64,000 nucleotides of DNA. Source: an uncultured Candidatus Rokubacteria bacterium (GTDB lineage Bacteria > Methylomirabilota > Methylomirabilia > Rokubacteriales > CSP1-6). Position 1 is the first letter of the stretch. Each line of letters begins with the position of its first letter. The notes under the pieces were generated by a model, which saw only the letters and a list, made by a program, of their open reading frames with translations, searched no databases and had not been told where the DNA came from. The translations under genes were made by a program, and so were the position numbers. The stretch lies in the NCBI GenBank assembly GCA_963758635.1, contig CAVWWD010000008.1, forward strand, positions 736,001 to 800,000, given 5' to 3'. Shown piece by piece: positions 31,451-43,865 of the stretch.

Positions 31451-32671
31451 CTAGCCACTCGGCAGGGGGGCGGGGAGTAACAAGGTCGTCGCGAATCCCG
31501 GCAGGGGCGGGGCCATCCAGCGACGAGCACGGGCGCGACCGAGAGGCCGCACCTTCCCGGCGGCGGCAAGCGCGTCGAGGGCCCGCTGCACGGTGCGCTG
31601 GCTGGCTCCGAGCGCAAGCGCCAGGGCCGAGCTCGACCACGACTCACCGTCGGCGAGGAAGGCGAGCACCGCGGCATGCTCGCCCTCGACCGGCGGCGCC
31701 AGCACGACCACCGTGCGGCCGCGGCGCGGCGCCAGGGCGAATCCTCGCCTCGTCGCGCTGACCGCGGCCAGGGGGCTGAGCACGGTCCGAAGCCGCCCGG
31801 CTTCCACTCGCAGCCGCGCGCGGTGAGATTCGTCGGCCTGCCGCGCGCCGAATGCCCGCGCGACGAGCAGGTCCCTCGCCGCATCTCCGGGCCACGCCTC
31901 GCCCAGCGCGCGAGCGACGGCGAACAATACCGGCCGCCGCGCGAGCGAGACGACCGTGGCGGCATGGCGCACGACGTGGCGACACGCGTCCACGACGAGC
32001 AGGCGCGACGCCAGGAGCGCCTCGACCTCCTCGAGCCGGAGGAGCCGCTCCTCGCCCCCCGCGATCAGTCGGGCCGCGGGCGTGTTCAGCGCGAGGAGCG
32101 CGCTCTCGACCTCCGCCATCAGAGCCGGGATACGGGCGGCTCGCGCGGCGCGCTCGGCCCGGGCCAGCGCGGCGCGCGCGGCCTTCGTGCGCACGCGCCG
32201 CAGCGCGATCCCCGCGACCACCAGCTCGTGGACAGCCCTGGACGCGGGTGGGAGGGGCGAGGGGTCGAGCTCCGCGAGCTGACGCTCCGCCTCGGCGAGG
32301 CGACCGATCAGGATCAGGCGCCGGACGCGCAGGTATCGCGCGTACGCGGCGTTGGCGCGGTCGCCGTGCGCCTCGAGGATGGCCTGGGCCGCGTCGAGCG
32401 CTTTCGCGGGCCAGCCCAGGTCCCGCGACACGAGGGCGATCTCGGCCTCGGCGACCACGCACCGCGCCCGGGCCACCGCCTCCCGGGGTCCGAAGGCCCG
32501 CGCCGCGCGGCGCAGCAGGGTCTTCGCGCGGGGGAGGTCGCCGAGCTGCGCCATCGCGATGCCCCGGAGCGCCAGAGCCGGAGCGTCGTCCCGCAGGGCG
32601 ACCCGGTTCAGCGCGCCGAGGGGATCGCCCGCGGCGAGGGCCCGCGCCGCCGCGGTGATCAGCGAGTCCAT
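31451..32671 (-). CDS. TPR-like plus C-terminal HTH putative regulator
   Basis: Helical repeats; WSSSALALALGASQRTVQRAL HTH. Confidence 0.75.
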   Translation of the reverse strand: MDSLITAAARALAAGDPLGALNRVALRDDAPALALRGIAMAQLGDLPRAKTLLRRAARAFGPREAVARARCVVAEAEIALVSRDLGWPAKALDAAQAILEAHGDRANAAYARYLRVRRLILIGRLAEAERQLAELDPSPLPPASRAVHELVVAGIALRRVRTKAARAALARAERAARAARIPALMAEVESALLALNTPAARLIAGGEERLLRLEEVEALLASRLLVVDACRHVVRHAATVVSLARRPVLFAVARALGEAWPGDAARDLLVARAFGARQADESHRARLRVEAGRLRTVLSPLAAVSATRRGFALAPRRGRTVVVLAPPVEGEHAAVLAFLADGESWSSSALALALGASQRTVQRALDALAAAGKVRPLGRARARRWMAPPLPGFATTLLLPAPLPSG

Positions 32672-32795
32672 CGGAATCCCGTCAGACTTGTCACTCCCAT
32701 CGTCTCGTCGTCAGGCGGTAAGTCTAGCCTGTGACCGGCGACCACCGCGTCGCGGCACGAGACGGATCGACCCTCGAGGGAAGGAGACCAGAGCG

Positions 32796-33554
32796 ATGAC
32801 GACTCACAGGATCGGGACACGGGAAGAGTGGCTGGCCGCGCGGCTCGGGCTGCTCCAGGCGGAGAAGGAGCTCACCCGGCGCAGCGACGAGCTGGCCGAG
32901 CGACGTCGGGAGCTGCCGTGGGTTCGGGTCGACAAGACGTACCGGTTCGACACCGACGAGGGGAGCGCCTCGCTGGCGGACCTCTTCCGCGGGCGGTCGC
33001 AGCTCCTCGTCTACCACTTCATGTTCGGGCCCGACTACACGGCCGGCTGCCCGTCCTGCTCGGCCATCGCGGATGGCTTCAACGGTGTCGCCGTGCACCT
33101 GGCGAACCACGACGTGATGCTCTGGGCGGTGTCGCGAGCGCCGCTCGGGAAGCTCCAGGCGTACAAGCGGCGGCTGGGCTGGACGTTCCCCTGGGCGTCT
33201 TCCCAGAGCAGCGACTTCAACGCCGACTTCAACGTCCGGTTCACGGAGGGAGAACAGCGCGCGGGCATCGAGTACAACTACCGGCGCGAGCCCGCGTGGC
33301 GAGAGGAGGCACGCCGCGAGGAGGCGGTGTCCTTTGCGGCGATGGCCGGGACCGACGAGGCCACGTACTCCCGCGAGAGGCCGGGCATGAGCTCGTTCGT
33401 GCTCGAGGACGGGATCGTCTACCACGCCTATTCCACCTATGCGCGCGGGCTGGACGGGCTCTGGGGCATGTACCAGTGGCTGGACCGCGCCCCGAGGGGG
33501 CGCAACGAGACGGGCCCCTGGTGGCGCCGTCACGACGAGTACGACCGGCGCTGA
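32796..33554 (+). CDS. DUF899 thioredoxin-like protein
   Basis: REEWLAAR, LFRGRSQLLVYHFMF, CPSC, WLDRAPRGRNE; RBS AAGGAG. Confidence 0.9.
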   Translation: MTTHRIGTREEWLAARLGLLQAEKELTRRSDELAERRRELPWVRVDKTYRFDTDEGSASLADLFRGRSQLLVYHFMFGPDYTAGCPSCSAIADGFNGVAVHLANHDVMLWAVSRAPLGKLQAYKRRLGWTFPWASSQSSDFNADFNVRFTEGEQRAGIEYNYRREPAWREEARREEAVSFAAMAGTDEATYSRERPGMSSFVLEDGIVYHAYSTYARGLDGLWGMYQWLDRAPRGRNETGPWWRRHDEYDRR

Positions 33555-33641
33555 GGGCGACGGCGAGCGGGGCGATGACGCTGCGGCCGCTCGCCGCCGG
33601 GATCGGCTTGTGGTACAACGCACGTACCGCAAGCGGACCAC

Positions 33642-34109
33642 ATGATTCCCGATCGTGTCGTCGAGATGATCCACGGCCCGTCGTACCTGCAGCTCGGGAC
33701 CAGGGACGAGACTCTCCGACCCGCCCACACCCTCGCCGTGGGCGCGTTGGTCCATGAGGATCGCCGGACGGTCACGGTGTTCGTGCCGAGCGAGCGGGCG
33801 CGGCGGGCCGTCGCCAACCTCGAGGCCAACGGCCGGGTCGCGCTCGGCATCGGCCAGGCCTCTCACGAGTCCTACCAGCTCAAGGGCGTCTACCTCTCCC
33901 GGCGGCCGGCCGATGCGGAGGATCGCGCCCGACAGGAGGCCTACCGGAAGGCTTTGCTCGCGGACGCGCTGGCCCACGGCTACCCGGAAGAGATCGCCCG
34001 GCCGTTCACCCAGGGGTTCGCGTACACGCCGGCCGTGGCGATCACCTTCAGGACCGAAGAGGTGTTCCTTCAGACCCCCGGCCCGGACGCGGGGAGCCGG
34101 CTGGCCTAG
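33642..34109 (+). CDS. PNPOx-like (split-barrel flavin-binding) protein
   Basis: GTRDETLRP, NLEANGRVAL, HESYQLKG, FLQTPGPDAG. Confidence 0.7.
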   Translation: MIPDRVVEMIHGPSYLQLGTRDETLRPAHTLAVGALVHEDRRTVTVFVPSERARRAVANLEANGRVALGIGQASHESYQLKGVYLSRRPADAEDRARQEAYRKALLADALAHGYPEEIARPFTQGFAYTPAVAITFRTEEVFLQTPGPDAGSRLA

Positions 34110-34122
34110 GCCGCGAGACGCG

Positions 34123-34572
34123 ATGGCGAAGCTGCCCGACGAGATCAAGGCGGCCATGCAGGGGGTGATCCCCTCGCACGTCGTCACCTGCTCGGCCGAC
34201 GGCACGCCCAATGCCAGCGCCATCTCGCAGGTCTACTACGTCGATGGCGACCAGGTCGCGCTCTCGCACCAGTTCTTCAACAAGACCAAGCGCAACGTCC
34301 AGGAGAATCCCAAGGCCACGGTCTGGCTGATCCATCCGGAGTCGTTCGACACGTGGGACCTGGAGCTGGAGTTCGACCACTCCGAGACGCAGGGGCCGAT
34401 CTTCGACGCGATGGACATGCAGATCGAGGCCATCGCGTCGATGGTGGGGATGAAGGGCATCTTCAAGCTCAGGGCCGCGGACATCTTCCGCGTGGTCTCG
34501 GTGACCCGGACGAGCGGCGAGCGGATCCCACTGTCGCAGATCCCGTCCGCGGACCCCCCGGCGCAGGGCTGA
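34123..34572 (+). CDS. PNPOx-like protein
   Basis: TCSADGTPN..ISQV, QFFNKTKRNVQENP, AIASMVGMKGIFKLRAADI. Confidence 0.75.
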   Translation: MAKLPDEIKAAMQGVIPSHVVTCSADGTPNASAISQVYYVDGDQVALSHQFFNKTKRNVQENPKATVWLIHPESFDTWDLELEFDHSETQGPIFDAMDMQIEAIASMVGMKGIFKLRAADIFRVVSVTRTSGERIPLSQIPSADPPAQG

Positions 34573-34576
34573 CCGC

Positions 34577-35908
34577 GTGGCCGACACGGGGAGCGCGCCC
34601 ACGACGGCCGAGGACCCGGATCCGCACGCCCTTCGCGCCGAGATCGCCCGGAACCAGGAGATCATCGACCGGCTCAATCGCGATCTCGCGAAGCGGACGA
34701 ACAACGTCCGCATCATCCAGCAGATCTCGTCCGAGATCACGTCCACCCTCGATCTGGGCGAGGTTCTCGCCATCGTCCTCGGGGCCATGGAGCGGGTGCT
34801 CGGGTTCCGGCACTCGATGCTCCTGCTCGCGGAGCCGGCGGGCGACGCGCTCGCCGTGGTCGCCACGCGGGGCTACGCGGAGCCCAGCCCCGACCCCGGC
34901 CGCACGGCGCGCGTCCGGATCGGCGAGGGCGTCATCGGCGTCGTGGCCGAACGCCGCGTGCCCATGCGCGTCGGGAACATCGGCGCGAGCGTGCGGTACC
35001 TGCAGGCGATCCGGGCGCGGATGCAGGCGGCGGGGCAGGGGCCCTCGGGAGAGAGTCCGGCGGGCCTGCCGGGCTTGCCGGACGCGCAGAGCCAGCTCGC
35101 CCTGCCGCTGCTCGTCAAGGACCGCCTGGTCGGCGTGCTCGCGGTGGAGAGCGCGAGGCCCAACGCGTTCGACGAGCTGGACGAGGTGCTGCTCCGCATC
35201 ATCAGCCACCAGGCGGCCACCGCCATCGACAACGCGCGGACGTATCGGATGGTGGATCAGCTCACGCGGCTGAAGCGCTTCTTCTCGCCCCACCTCGCCG
35301 AGCTCATCATCCGGGGCGGCGCCGACGACCCCCTCAGGACGCACCGACGCGACGTGACCGTCGTCTTCCTCGACCTTCGCGGATTCACGGCCTTCGCCGA
35401 GACCGCCGAGCCGGAGGAGGTCATGGGCGTCCTGCGCGAGTATCACGCGGAGATGGGCAAGCTGATCCTCGCCCACGAGGGGACGCTGGAGCGCTTCACC
35501 GGAGACGGGTTGATGATCTTCTTCAACGACCCGGTGCCGGTGCCCGATGCCGGCATCCGCGCGGCGCGGATGGCCGTGGAGATGCAGGAACGGGTGGCGC
35601 GCCTGACGGTCAGCTGGCGGCGCCTCGGATACGATCTGGGCCTCGGGATCGGCATCGCCAAGGGCTTCGCCACCATCGGCGGGATCGGGTTCGAGGGCCG
35701 GTGGGACTACGGCGCGATCGGCACCGTGACGAACCTCGCCGCGCGCCTGTGCGGCGAGGCGAAGGGCGGCGAGATCCTCATCTCGACGCGGCTCGTCGGG
35801 GAGCTGGAGGACCAGGCCGAGATCGAGGAGCTGGAGCCGGTCACGCTCAAGGGCTTCGCCCGGCCGGTGCAAGCCTCCAGGCTCGTGCGCCTGAAGCCGC
35901 CGGCGTAG
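34577..35908 (+). CDS. GAF domain plus class III nucleotide cyclase
   Basis: Coiled coil, GAF (IGEGVIG, LALPL..VGVL, AIDNAR), FLDLRGFT, ERFTGDG, IGTVTNLAARL. Confidence 0.9.
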   Translation: MADTGSAPTTAEDPDPHALRAEIARNQEIIDRLNRDLAKRTNNVRIIQQISSEITSTLDLGEVLAIVLGAMERVLGFRHSMLLLAEPAGDALAVVATRGYAEPSPDPGRTARVRIGEGVIGVVAERRVPMRVGNIGASVRYLQAIRARMQAAGQGPSGESPAGLPGLPDAQSQLALPLLVKDRLVGVLAVESARPNAFDELDEVLLRIISHQAATAIDNARTYRMVDQLTRLKRFFSPHLAELIIRGGADDPLRTHRRDVTVVFLDLRGFTAFAETAEPEEVMGVLREYHAEMGKLILAHEGTLERFTGDGLMIFFNDPVPVPDAGIRAARMAVEMQERVARLTVSWRRLGYDLGLGIGIAKGFATIGGIGFEGRWDYGAIGTVTNLAARLCGEAKGGEILISTRLVGELEDQAEIEELEPVTLKGFARPVQASRLVRLKPPA

Positions 35909-36042
35909 CTCGCCGGGCCAGCCCGGCGGCCCACGCCGCTGGCCGCTCCCCGCCGATCGCTCGTATCGCGCTCGGTCCATTGACGGACGTTCGCGTCCTC
36001 ACTACACTCGTGCGGCGGAATCAACAGGTGCCCACGGCCGGC

Positions 36043-37746
36043 GTGAAGAAGCCCGCGAATCTCCTGTACGGCTCAGACGACAAGCCGCCGACAGCGGTCA
36101 CCGCCCTGACCGGACTCCAGCACGCGGGCGTCAACGCCATCTTCCTGTTGATCCCGCTGCTCGTCTGCCGCGAAGGGGGCCTCACGCCCGCTCAGATCGT
36201 CGACGTGCTGAGCGCGGCCATGCTGCTCCAGGCCGCGGTGACCGCCGTGCAGGCGTATCCCGTGGGCCCGATCGGCGCGGGCCTGTTCTGCCCCGCCATC
36301 TACACCGCGGCCTACCTCGGCCCCTCCCTGGCCGCGCTGAAGATCGGCGGGCTGCCGCTGGTCTTCGGCATGACTCTCTTCGCCGGGCTCGTCCAGTGCG
36401 CCCTCGCGCGCCTGCTGCCCTACCTGCGCGCGCTGTTTCCGTCGGAGGTCGCGGGCCTCATCATCATCCTGATCGGGTTCACCAACGGGACGATCGGGGT
36501 CCGCTATCTGCTCGGCGTGGGCGAGGCGCAGGTCGCCGACGCGACCGACCTGTCGATCGGCTTCCTGAGCCTCGCGGTGATGGTGGCGCTCAACGTGTGG
36601 ACGAAGGGGCCACCCCGTGTCTTCTGCGGAATGATCGGCCTGGCCCTGGGCTACGCGGTGGCGGCGGCGCTGGGGCGCCTCGGAGCCGACAGCCTCCAGG
36701 CGCTGATCAGCGCGCCGGTGGCCCACGTGCCGCGCCTCGTCCACGTCGGGTGGTCCTTCGACGCCGCGCTGAGCATCACCTTCGCGGTCGCCGCGCTGTC
36801 CACCACCACCAAGGCCATGGGCATCGTGACCAGCTACCAGAAGCTGAACGACGCGGCGTGGACCCGTCCGGACATGCGCTCGGTCAGCGGGGGTGTGCTC
36901 GCCGACGGCCTCGGCACCGCGGCCGCGGGGCTCGTGGGCAGCACCGGCATGAACCCCTCCGCCTCGAGCCTCGGCCTGGCCACCGCGACCGGCGTGGCCA
37001 GCCGGCCGGTCTCGCTGGCCGTCGCGGGCGTGTTCGTCGTCCTCGCCTTCCTGCCGAAGGCGGCGATGCTGTTCGCCATCATGCCGCGGGCCGTGATCGG
37101 GGCCGCGCTCGTGTTCACCGCGGCCTTCGTGCTGGTCAACGGCATCGAGGTGGTGACGTCGCGCATCCTCGACGCGCGACGCGCGCTCATGATCGGGCTG
37201 GCCCTCACCGCCGCCGCGTCGGTGGACGTGTTTCCCGGGTTCTTCGCGACCCTCCCGCCCGCGCTCCGTCCCTTCTTCGTGAGCTCGCTCGCCGCCGGCA
37301 CCCTGGTGGCCCTGGCGCTCAACGCCATCTTCCGGCTGGGCGTGCGCCAGGCTCGGCGGCTGGAGATCGATCCCGCCCAGGTCGATCCCGAGGTCGTGCA
37401 CCGGTTCCTGGAGGAGCAGGGCGCCCGGTGGGGGGCGCGGCGCGACGTGATCGAGCGCGCCGGCTTCAACCTGGCCCAGTCCGTCGAGACGATCGTCGAG
37501 AGCTGCGCTCCCGAGGGGCGGCTCGAGGTCGAAGCCAGCTTCGACGAGTTCAACCTCGACGTGCGCATCTCGTACCCGGGGGCGATGCTGGAGTTCCCGG
37601 CGAAGCGGCCCACCACCGAGGAGATCCTCGCGTCGGAGGACGGCCAACGGAAGCTGGCGGGGTTCCTTCTCCGCCGCCAGGCCGATCGAGTGCAGGCGAC
37701 GCAGCGGGGCGGCCGCGCCACCGTCCTGTTCCACTTCGACCACTGA
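36043..37746 (+). CDS. NCS2 (xanthine/uracil) permease with soluble C-terminal extension
   Basis: LLYGSDDKPP, GLQH, GGVLADGLGT, TGVASR, many TMs; about 135-aa soluble tail; start approximate. Confidence 0.85.
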   Translation: MKKPANLLYGSDDKPPTAVTALTGLQHAGVNAIFLLIPLLVCREGGLTPAQIVDVLSAAMLLQAAVTAVQAYPVGPIGAGLFCPAIYTAAYLGPSLAALKIGGLPLVFGMTLFAGLVQCALARLLPYLRALFPSEVAGLIIILIGFTNGTIGVRYLLGVGEAQVADATDLSIGFLSLAVMVALNVWTKGPPRVFCGMIGLALGYAVAAALGRLGADSLQALISAPVAHVPRLVHVGWSFDAALSITFAVAALSTTTKAMGIVTSYQKLNDAAWTRPDMRSVSGGVLADGLGTAAAGLVGSTGMNPSASSLGLATATGVASRPVSLAVAGVFVVLAFLPKAAMLFAIMPRAVIGAALVFTAAFVLVNGIEVVTSRILDARRALMIGLALTAAASVDVFPGFFATLPPALRPFFVSSLAAGTLVALALNAIFRLGVRQARRLEIDPAQVDPEVVHRFLEEQGARWGARRDVIERAGFNLAQSVETIVESCAPEGRLEVEASFDEFNLDVRISYPGAMLEFPAKRPTTEEILASEDGQRKLAGFLLRRQADRVQATQRGGRATVLFHFDH

Positions 37747-37810
37747 CGCGCCTCCGCGTCGAGGTGGGCTTCCGGAGGGCGGCGCAGCCCCGGAGAAGGG
37801 AACGGACTCC

Positions 37811-38639
37811 ATGGGAGCTGACGAGACCGTAGCGCAGCACTACACGCACGGTGGGCTCGAGCAGGCGATCCTGGACGGCCTCCGGGCCGCCGGCAAGGAT
37901 CTCGAGCGGCTCGAGCCCGAGGACCTCGCGCCCGTCGACGAGTTCCACATCGGCGGCCGGCAGGCCACCGCGGACTTCGCCGCCGAGCTCGGCGTCACCC
38001 GCGGGGTGCGGCTGCTGGACATCGGCTCGGGTCTGGGCGGCGCCTCCCGCTATTTCGCGCGCACCTTCGGCTGCCACGTCACCGGCATCGACCTGACCGA
38101 GGAGTACGTCAGGGTCGCCGCGATGCTGGCGGCGCGCACGCGCCTCGACGGGATGGTCTCCTATCAGCATGGGCAGCGCGCTCAGCCTGCCGTTTCCCGC
38201 CGGCGCCTTCGGGGGCGCGTACATGCTGCACGTCGGCATGAACATCGCGGACAAGGCCGCGCTGTTCGCGCAGGTGCGAAGGGTGCTCGCGCCGGGTGGG
38301 CTGTTCGGTGTCTACGACGTGATGCGGGAGGGCGACGGCACGCTTGGCTATCCGGTGCCGTGGGCCACGAGTCCGGACACGAGCTTCGTGGAGTCGCGGG
38401 CTCGCTATACGGAGCTCCTGGCCGCCGCGGGGTTCGAGGTGGTGAAGGGGCGCAGCCGCCGTGAGTTCGCGGTGAAGTTCTTCCAGGATCTCCGTGCGCG
38501 GATCGCGCAGAGCGGCGTGCCCCCGCTCGGGCTGCACATCCTGATGGGCGCGGCGGCCCCGCAGAAGATCGGCAACATGGTCGACGCCCTCCAGCGCGGC
38601 CTCATCTCGCCGACCGAGATCATCTGCCGGGCGGCGTGA
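37811..38639 (+). CDS. Class I SAM-dependent methyltransferase; frameshift near 38168
   Basis: DEFHIGG, LLDIGSGLGG, GIDL, HVGMNI, RVLAPGG. Confidence 0.82.
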
Positions 38640-38732
38640 CGGCCGAGCCCCGCGCATCAGACCAATGCCGAGCGGTGGGACTGTAGAGGCCCGTGGCGGT
38701 TACCGTATTGTGCGAGGTCGCCGGCGGCCGCC

Positions 38733-39941
38733 TCACGTCGCGAAGCGCGCGAGGGGCCGGCCGGGCTGCCGGAGCAGCGCCACGGCGATGCCGACGTTGA
38801 GCAGGTTCCACAGGATGCCGTGGACGAACGCCGCCTGGTACGAGCCGGTCAGGTCGAAGATCACGCCGGTGATCCAGCCGCCCAGCGCCATGCCGAACAC
38901 CGTGGCCATGAGCACGGCGCCCACGCGGACGCCCGCCTCCTCCGGAGGGAAGAACTCCCGCACGATGACCGCGTAGGCCGGCACGATCCCGCCCTGGACG
39001 AGGCCGAAGAGGGCCGAGACCACGTAGAGGGCCTCGAGGCGCTCGAACGGCAGGAAGAGGATCAGCGCCAGCGCCTGGAGGCTCGACCCCAGCAGCAGCG
39101 TGCGGCGGCCGCCGATGTGATCGCAGATCCAGCCGGAGAGGAGCCGGCTCGCCACGCCGAAGCCCAGCATCAGCGACAGCATCTGCGCCCCGTGCGCGAC
39201 GCCGTGGCCCAGGTCGCCGGCGTACGCGACGATGTGGACCTGCGGCATCGACATCGCCACGCAGCAGCTCAGGCCGGCGACGACGAGCAGGACCTGGAGC
39301 GCCGCCGGTGACATGCCGAGGGTTCGCCGCGCCGTCCCGCGCGCCCGATGCGGCCCCCGTGGCGGCGGGCGTCCGCGGCGACGGCCGCCGGAGCGCCAGC
39401 GACAGCGGCAGGATGGTCACCACGCAGAAGACGCCGATGCCCACGTAGGTCCACCGCCAGCCCACGCGCCCGACGAAGTGCTGGATGACGGGCGGCCAGA
39501 CGGTGCCGGCGAGGTAGCTGCCGCACGCGATGATCGACACCGCCATCCCCCGCCGGCGCGTGAACCAAGCGAGATGTCGGCGATGAGCGGCGCGAACGTG
39601 GCCGCGCTGGCCGCGCCGACCAGCAGCCCCTGCGCGACGACGAACCACCAGAGGCTCGGTGCGAGGCCGGCCGAGGCGTGGCCGGCGAGGAGGCCGAGCG
39701 CGCCGCCCACGACGGGCACGACGACGCCGAAGCGATCGGCGAGGCGGCCCAGCAGCAGGCTGCCGAGCCCCGTGCAGATCATGGTCGCCGTGTACGGCAG
39801 CGACGCGGCGGAGCGCGCCACGCCGAACTCCGCCTGCACCGCGGGCAGGACGACGATCACCGACCACATGCCGACGTTGCCGATGGCGGACAGCAGGAGC
39901 GCGGCGAAGAGGCGGAACCAGGCGTAGGCGGACTCGGGCAT
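38733..39941 (-). CDS. MFS transporter; frameshifts near 39315 and 39570
   Basis: GRLADRFG and GWICDHIGGRR motifs, TM segments spread over three frames. Confidence 0.8.
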
Positions 39942-39979
39942 GACGGGCCGCCCAGGAGCCGGTCGGGCGCCGAGCCCGG

Positions 39980-42340
<2,361 letters not shown>

Positions 42341-43729
42341 TCAGTCGGGCTCGCCCGCCTCGCCGCGCACGCATCGCCGGACGATGCCGGACACGAACGA
42401 CACGAGCTCACGGTGAAACTCGCCGCCGCCGAGCGCGGCGGCCTTGTAGCAGAGGGCGCGCTGGGTGCGCAGGTCGAACGGGAGCGTGTCCGGATCGTCG
42501 GTCAGGAGCAGGACCGGCTTGTGCAGGGCGCGGGCGTAGCCGATCTCCAGCATCACGTTCGGGTTGGGAACGCCGCTCAGGTGCGGGGCGGCCACCGCGA
42601 TGATGAAGTCGGTGGACCGGATCGCCTCGCAGATCTCGTCCCAGATGCTCTCGTGCAGGTGTGACTGGTCGACCCGCGTCGGCATCACGCGGCAGGCTGC
42701 GCACGCGGAGCGGATCGCGCGCCACAGCCCGTCGAAGGCGTCCGTGAAGGGGATCGCCACGAACGCGCGGGCCACGGGCCGCCGCTGCTCGATCTCCGCG
42801 GCGATGGCGTGGAGGTCGCGCTGGGCCTCGAGGGCGTCCGCGTAGCGCTTGGCCGCCACCGGCTCCAGCAGGCGACGGAGCCACGGCTGCAGGAGATGCT
42901 CGGCCGTCTCGTCTGCCACCGGCGGGAAGTGCAGCTCGGAGCCGAGGATCGCGGCGACCACGGCCTCGATCGTGGTCTGGTCCTCGGTCCAGAACGGGTG
43001 CCGGCCGTAACGGAGCTCGAAGAGGACCACGCCGAGCGCCCAGGCGTCGATGGCCGGCGAGAACGCCCCTTCGCTGCCGAACTGCTCGGGCGCGGCCGAG
43101 GACAGGCGGACGAACGCGCGGAAGGCGCGGGCCGCAGCGTCGTCCACGCCCACCGGCGTCGCGCAGCCCAGGTCGGCGAGGAGGACGTGGCCGCGGTCGT
43201 CCACGAGCACGTTGTCGGTGCCGAGCGCCCGGTGCACGAAGCCGGCGCGGTGGATCGCGGCGAGGCCGTCCGTCACGCCCGCGGACAGGGCCACGAACTC
43301 CGCGATGCTGGAAGGAGGCCGCTCGTCCTTCTGGATCGACGCGACGATGTCCGAGAGCGGGCGCGCCCCGCTGGCCCGCGCGAACACGGAGAACCACTCG
43401 CCCTCGTGCTGGAAGAAGTCGATGACGGGGAGGATGTGCGGATGCTGAAGCTCCGCCTGGAGGCGTCGGGCGCGCCTCAGGCCCTCCACCGCGTCACTGT
43501 TGACGGCAACGTCGGAGGCCGGCGCCGGTGACGGTGCCCCGCGCTGGCTCTCGTCGGACGGCCAGCGTTCGTGCCGCAGGAGCACGCCATGGCCCAGCGT
43601 GCGATGGTGGGCTTCGTAGTCCGAGTAGCTCTCGCCGTACAGCAGGCGCCGGTCGGCCACGTACGATCCGACCGTCGCTGGCAGTGCGCGGCCGAGCAGC
43701 CGAGCGCCCCTCGTCCTCGTTTGCTCCAT
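42341..43729 (-). CDS. Ser/Thr-kinase-fold (pseudokinase) domain fused to a C-terminal TIR/nucleoside 2-deoxyribosyltransferase-like domain
   Basis: LQHPHILPVID, HRALGTDNVL, ADLG, APEQ, IDAWALG, GRHPF; C-terminal AFVAIPF..DFIIAV..NPNVMLEIGYARAL..LPFDL. Confidence 0.8.
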   Translation of the reverse strand: MEQTRTRGARLLGRALPATVGSYVADRRLLYGESYSDYEAHHRTLGHGVLLRHERWPSDESQRGAPSPAPASDVAVNSDAVEGLRRARRLQAELQHPHILPVIDFFQHEGEWFSVFARASGARPLSDIVASIQKDERPPSSIAEFVALSAGVTDGLAAIHRAGFVHRALGTDNVLVDDRGHVLLADLGCATPVGVDDAAARAFRAFVRLSSAAPEQFGSEGAFSPAIDAWALGVVLFELRYGRHPFWTEDQTTIEAVVAAILGSELHFPPVADETAEHLLQPWLRRLLEPVAAKRYADALEAQRDLHAIAAEIEQRRPVARAFVAIPFTDAFDGLWRAIRSACAACRVMPTRVDQSHLHESIWDEICEAIRSTDFIIAVAAPHLSGVPNPNVMLEIGYARALHKPVLLLTDDPDTLPFDLRTQRALCYKAAALGGGEFHRELVSFVSGIVRRCVRGEAGEPD

Positions 43730-43865
43730 GTGATCACCGACACCTACGTGTATAACAGGAAGACCTCGGGCATCGCGCCCGCGAGCTCGAACGTCCGGCG
43801 CGCGCGATGGTCGCAAGCCCGGGTGCCCGCCCCATGGTGACCTCAATGATCCAGGAGATCCGAGC

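Noticed and set aside
34577..35908. Cyclases as a Pycsar/CBASS defence system
   Set aside because: No adjacent cNMP-binding TM/TIR effector; architectures are those of signalling cyclases, and the TIR/NDT-like gene is more than 6 kb away beyond icd.
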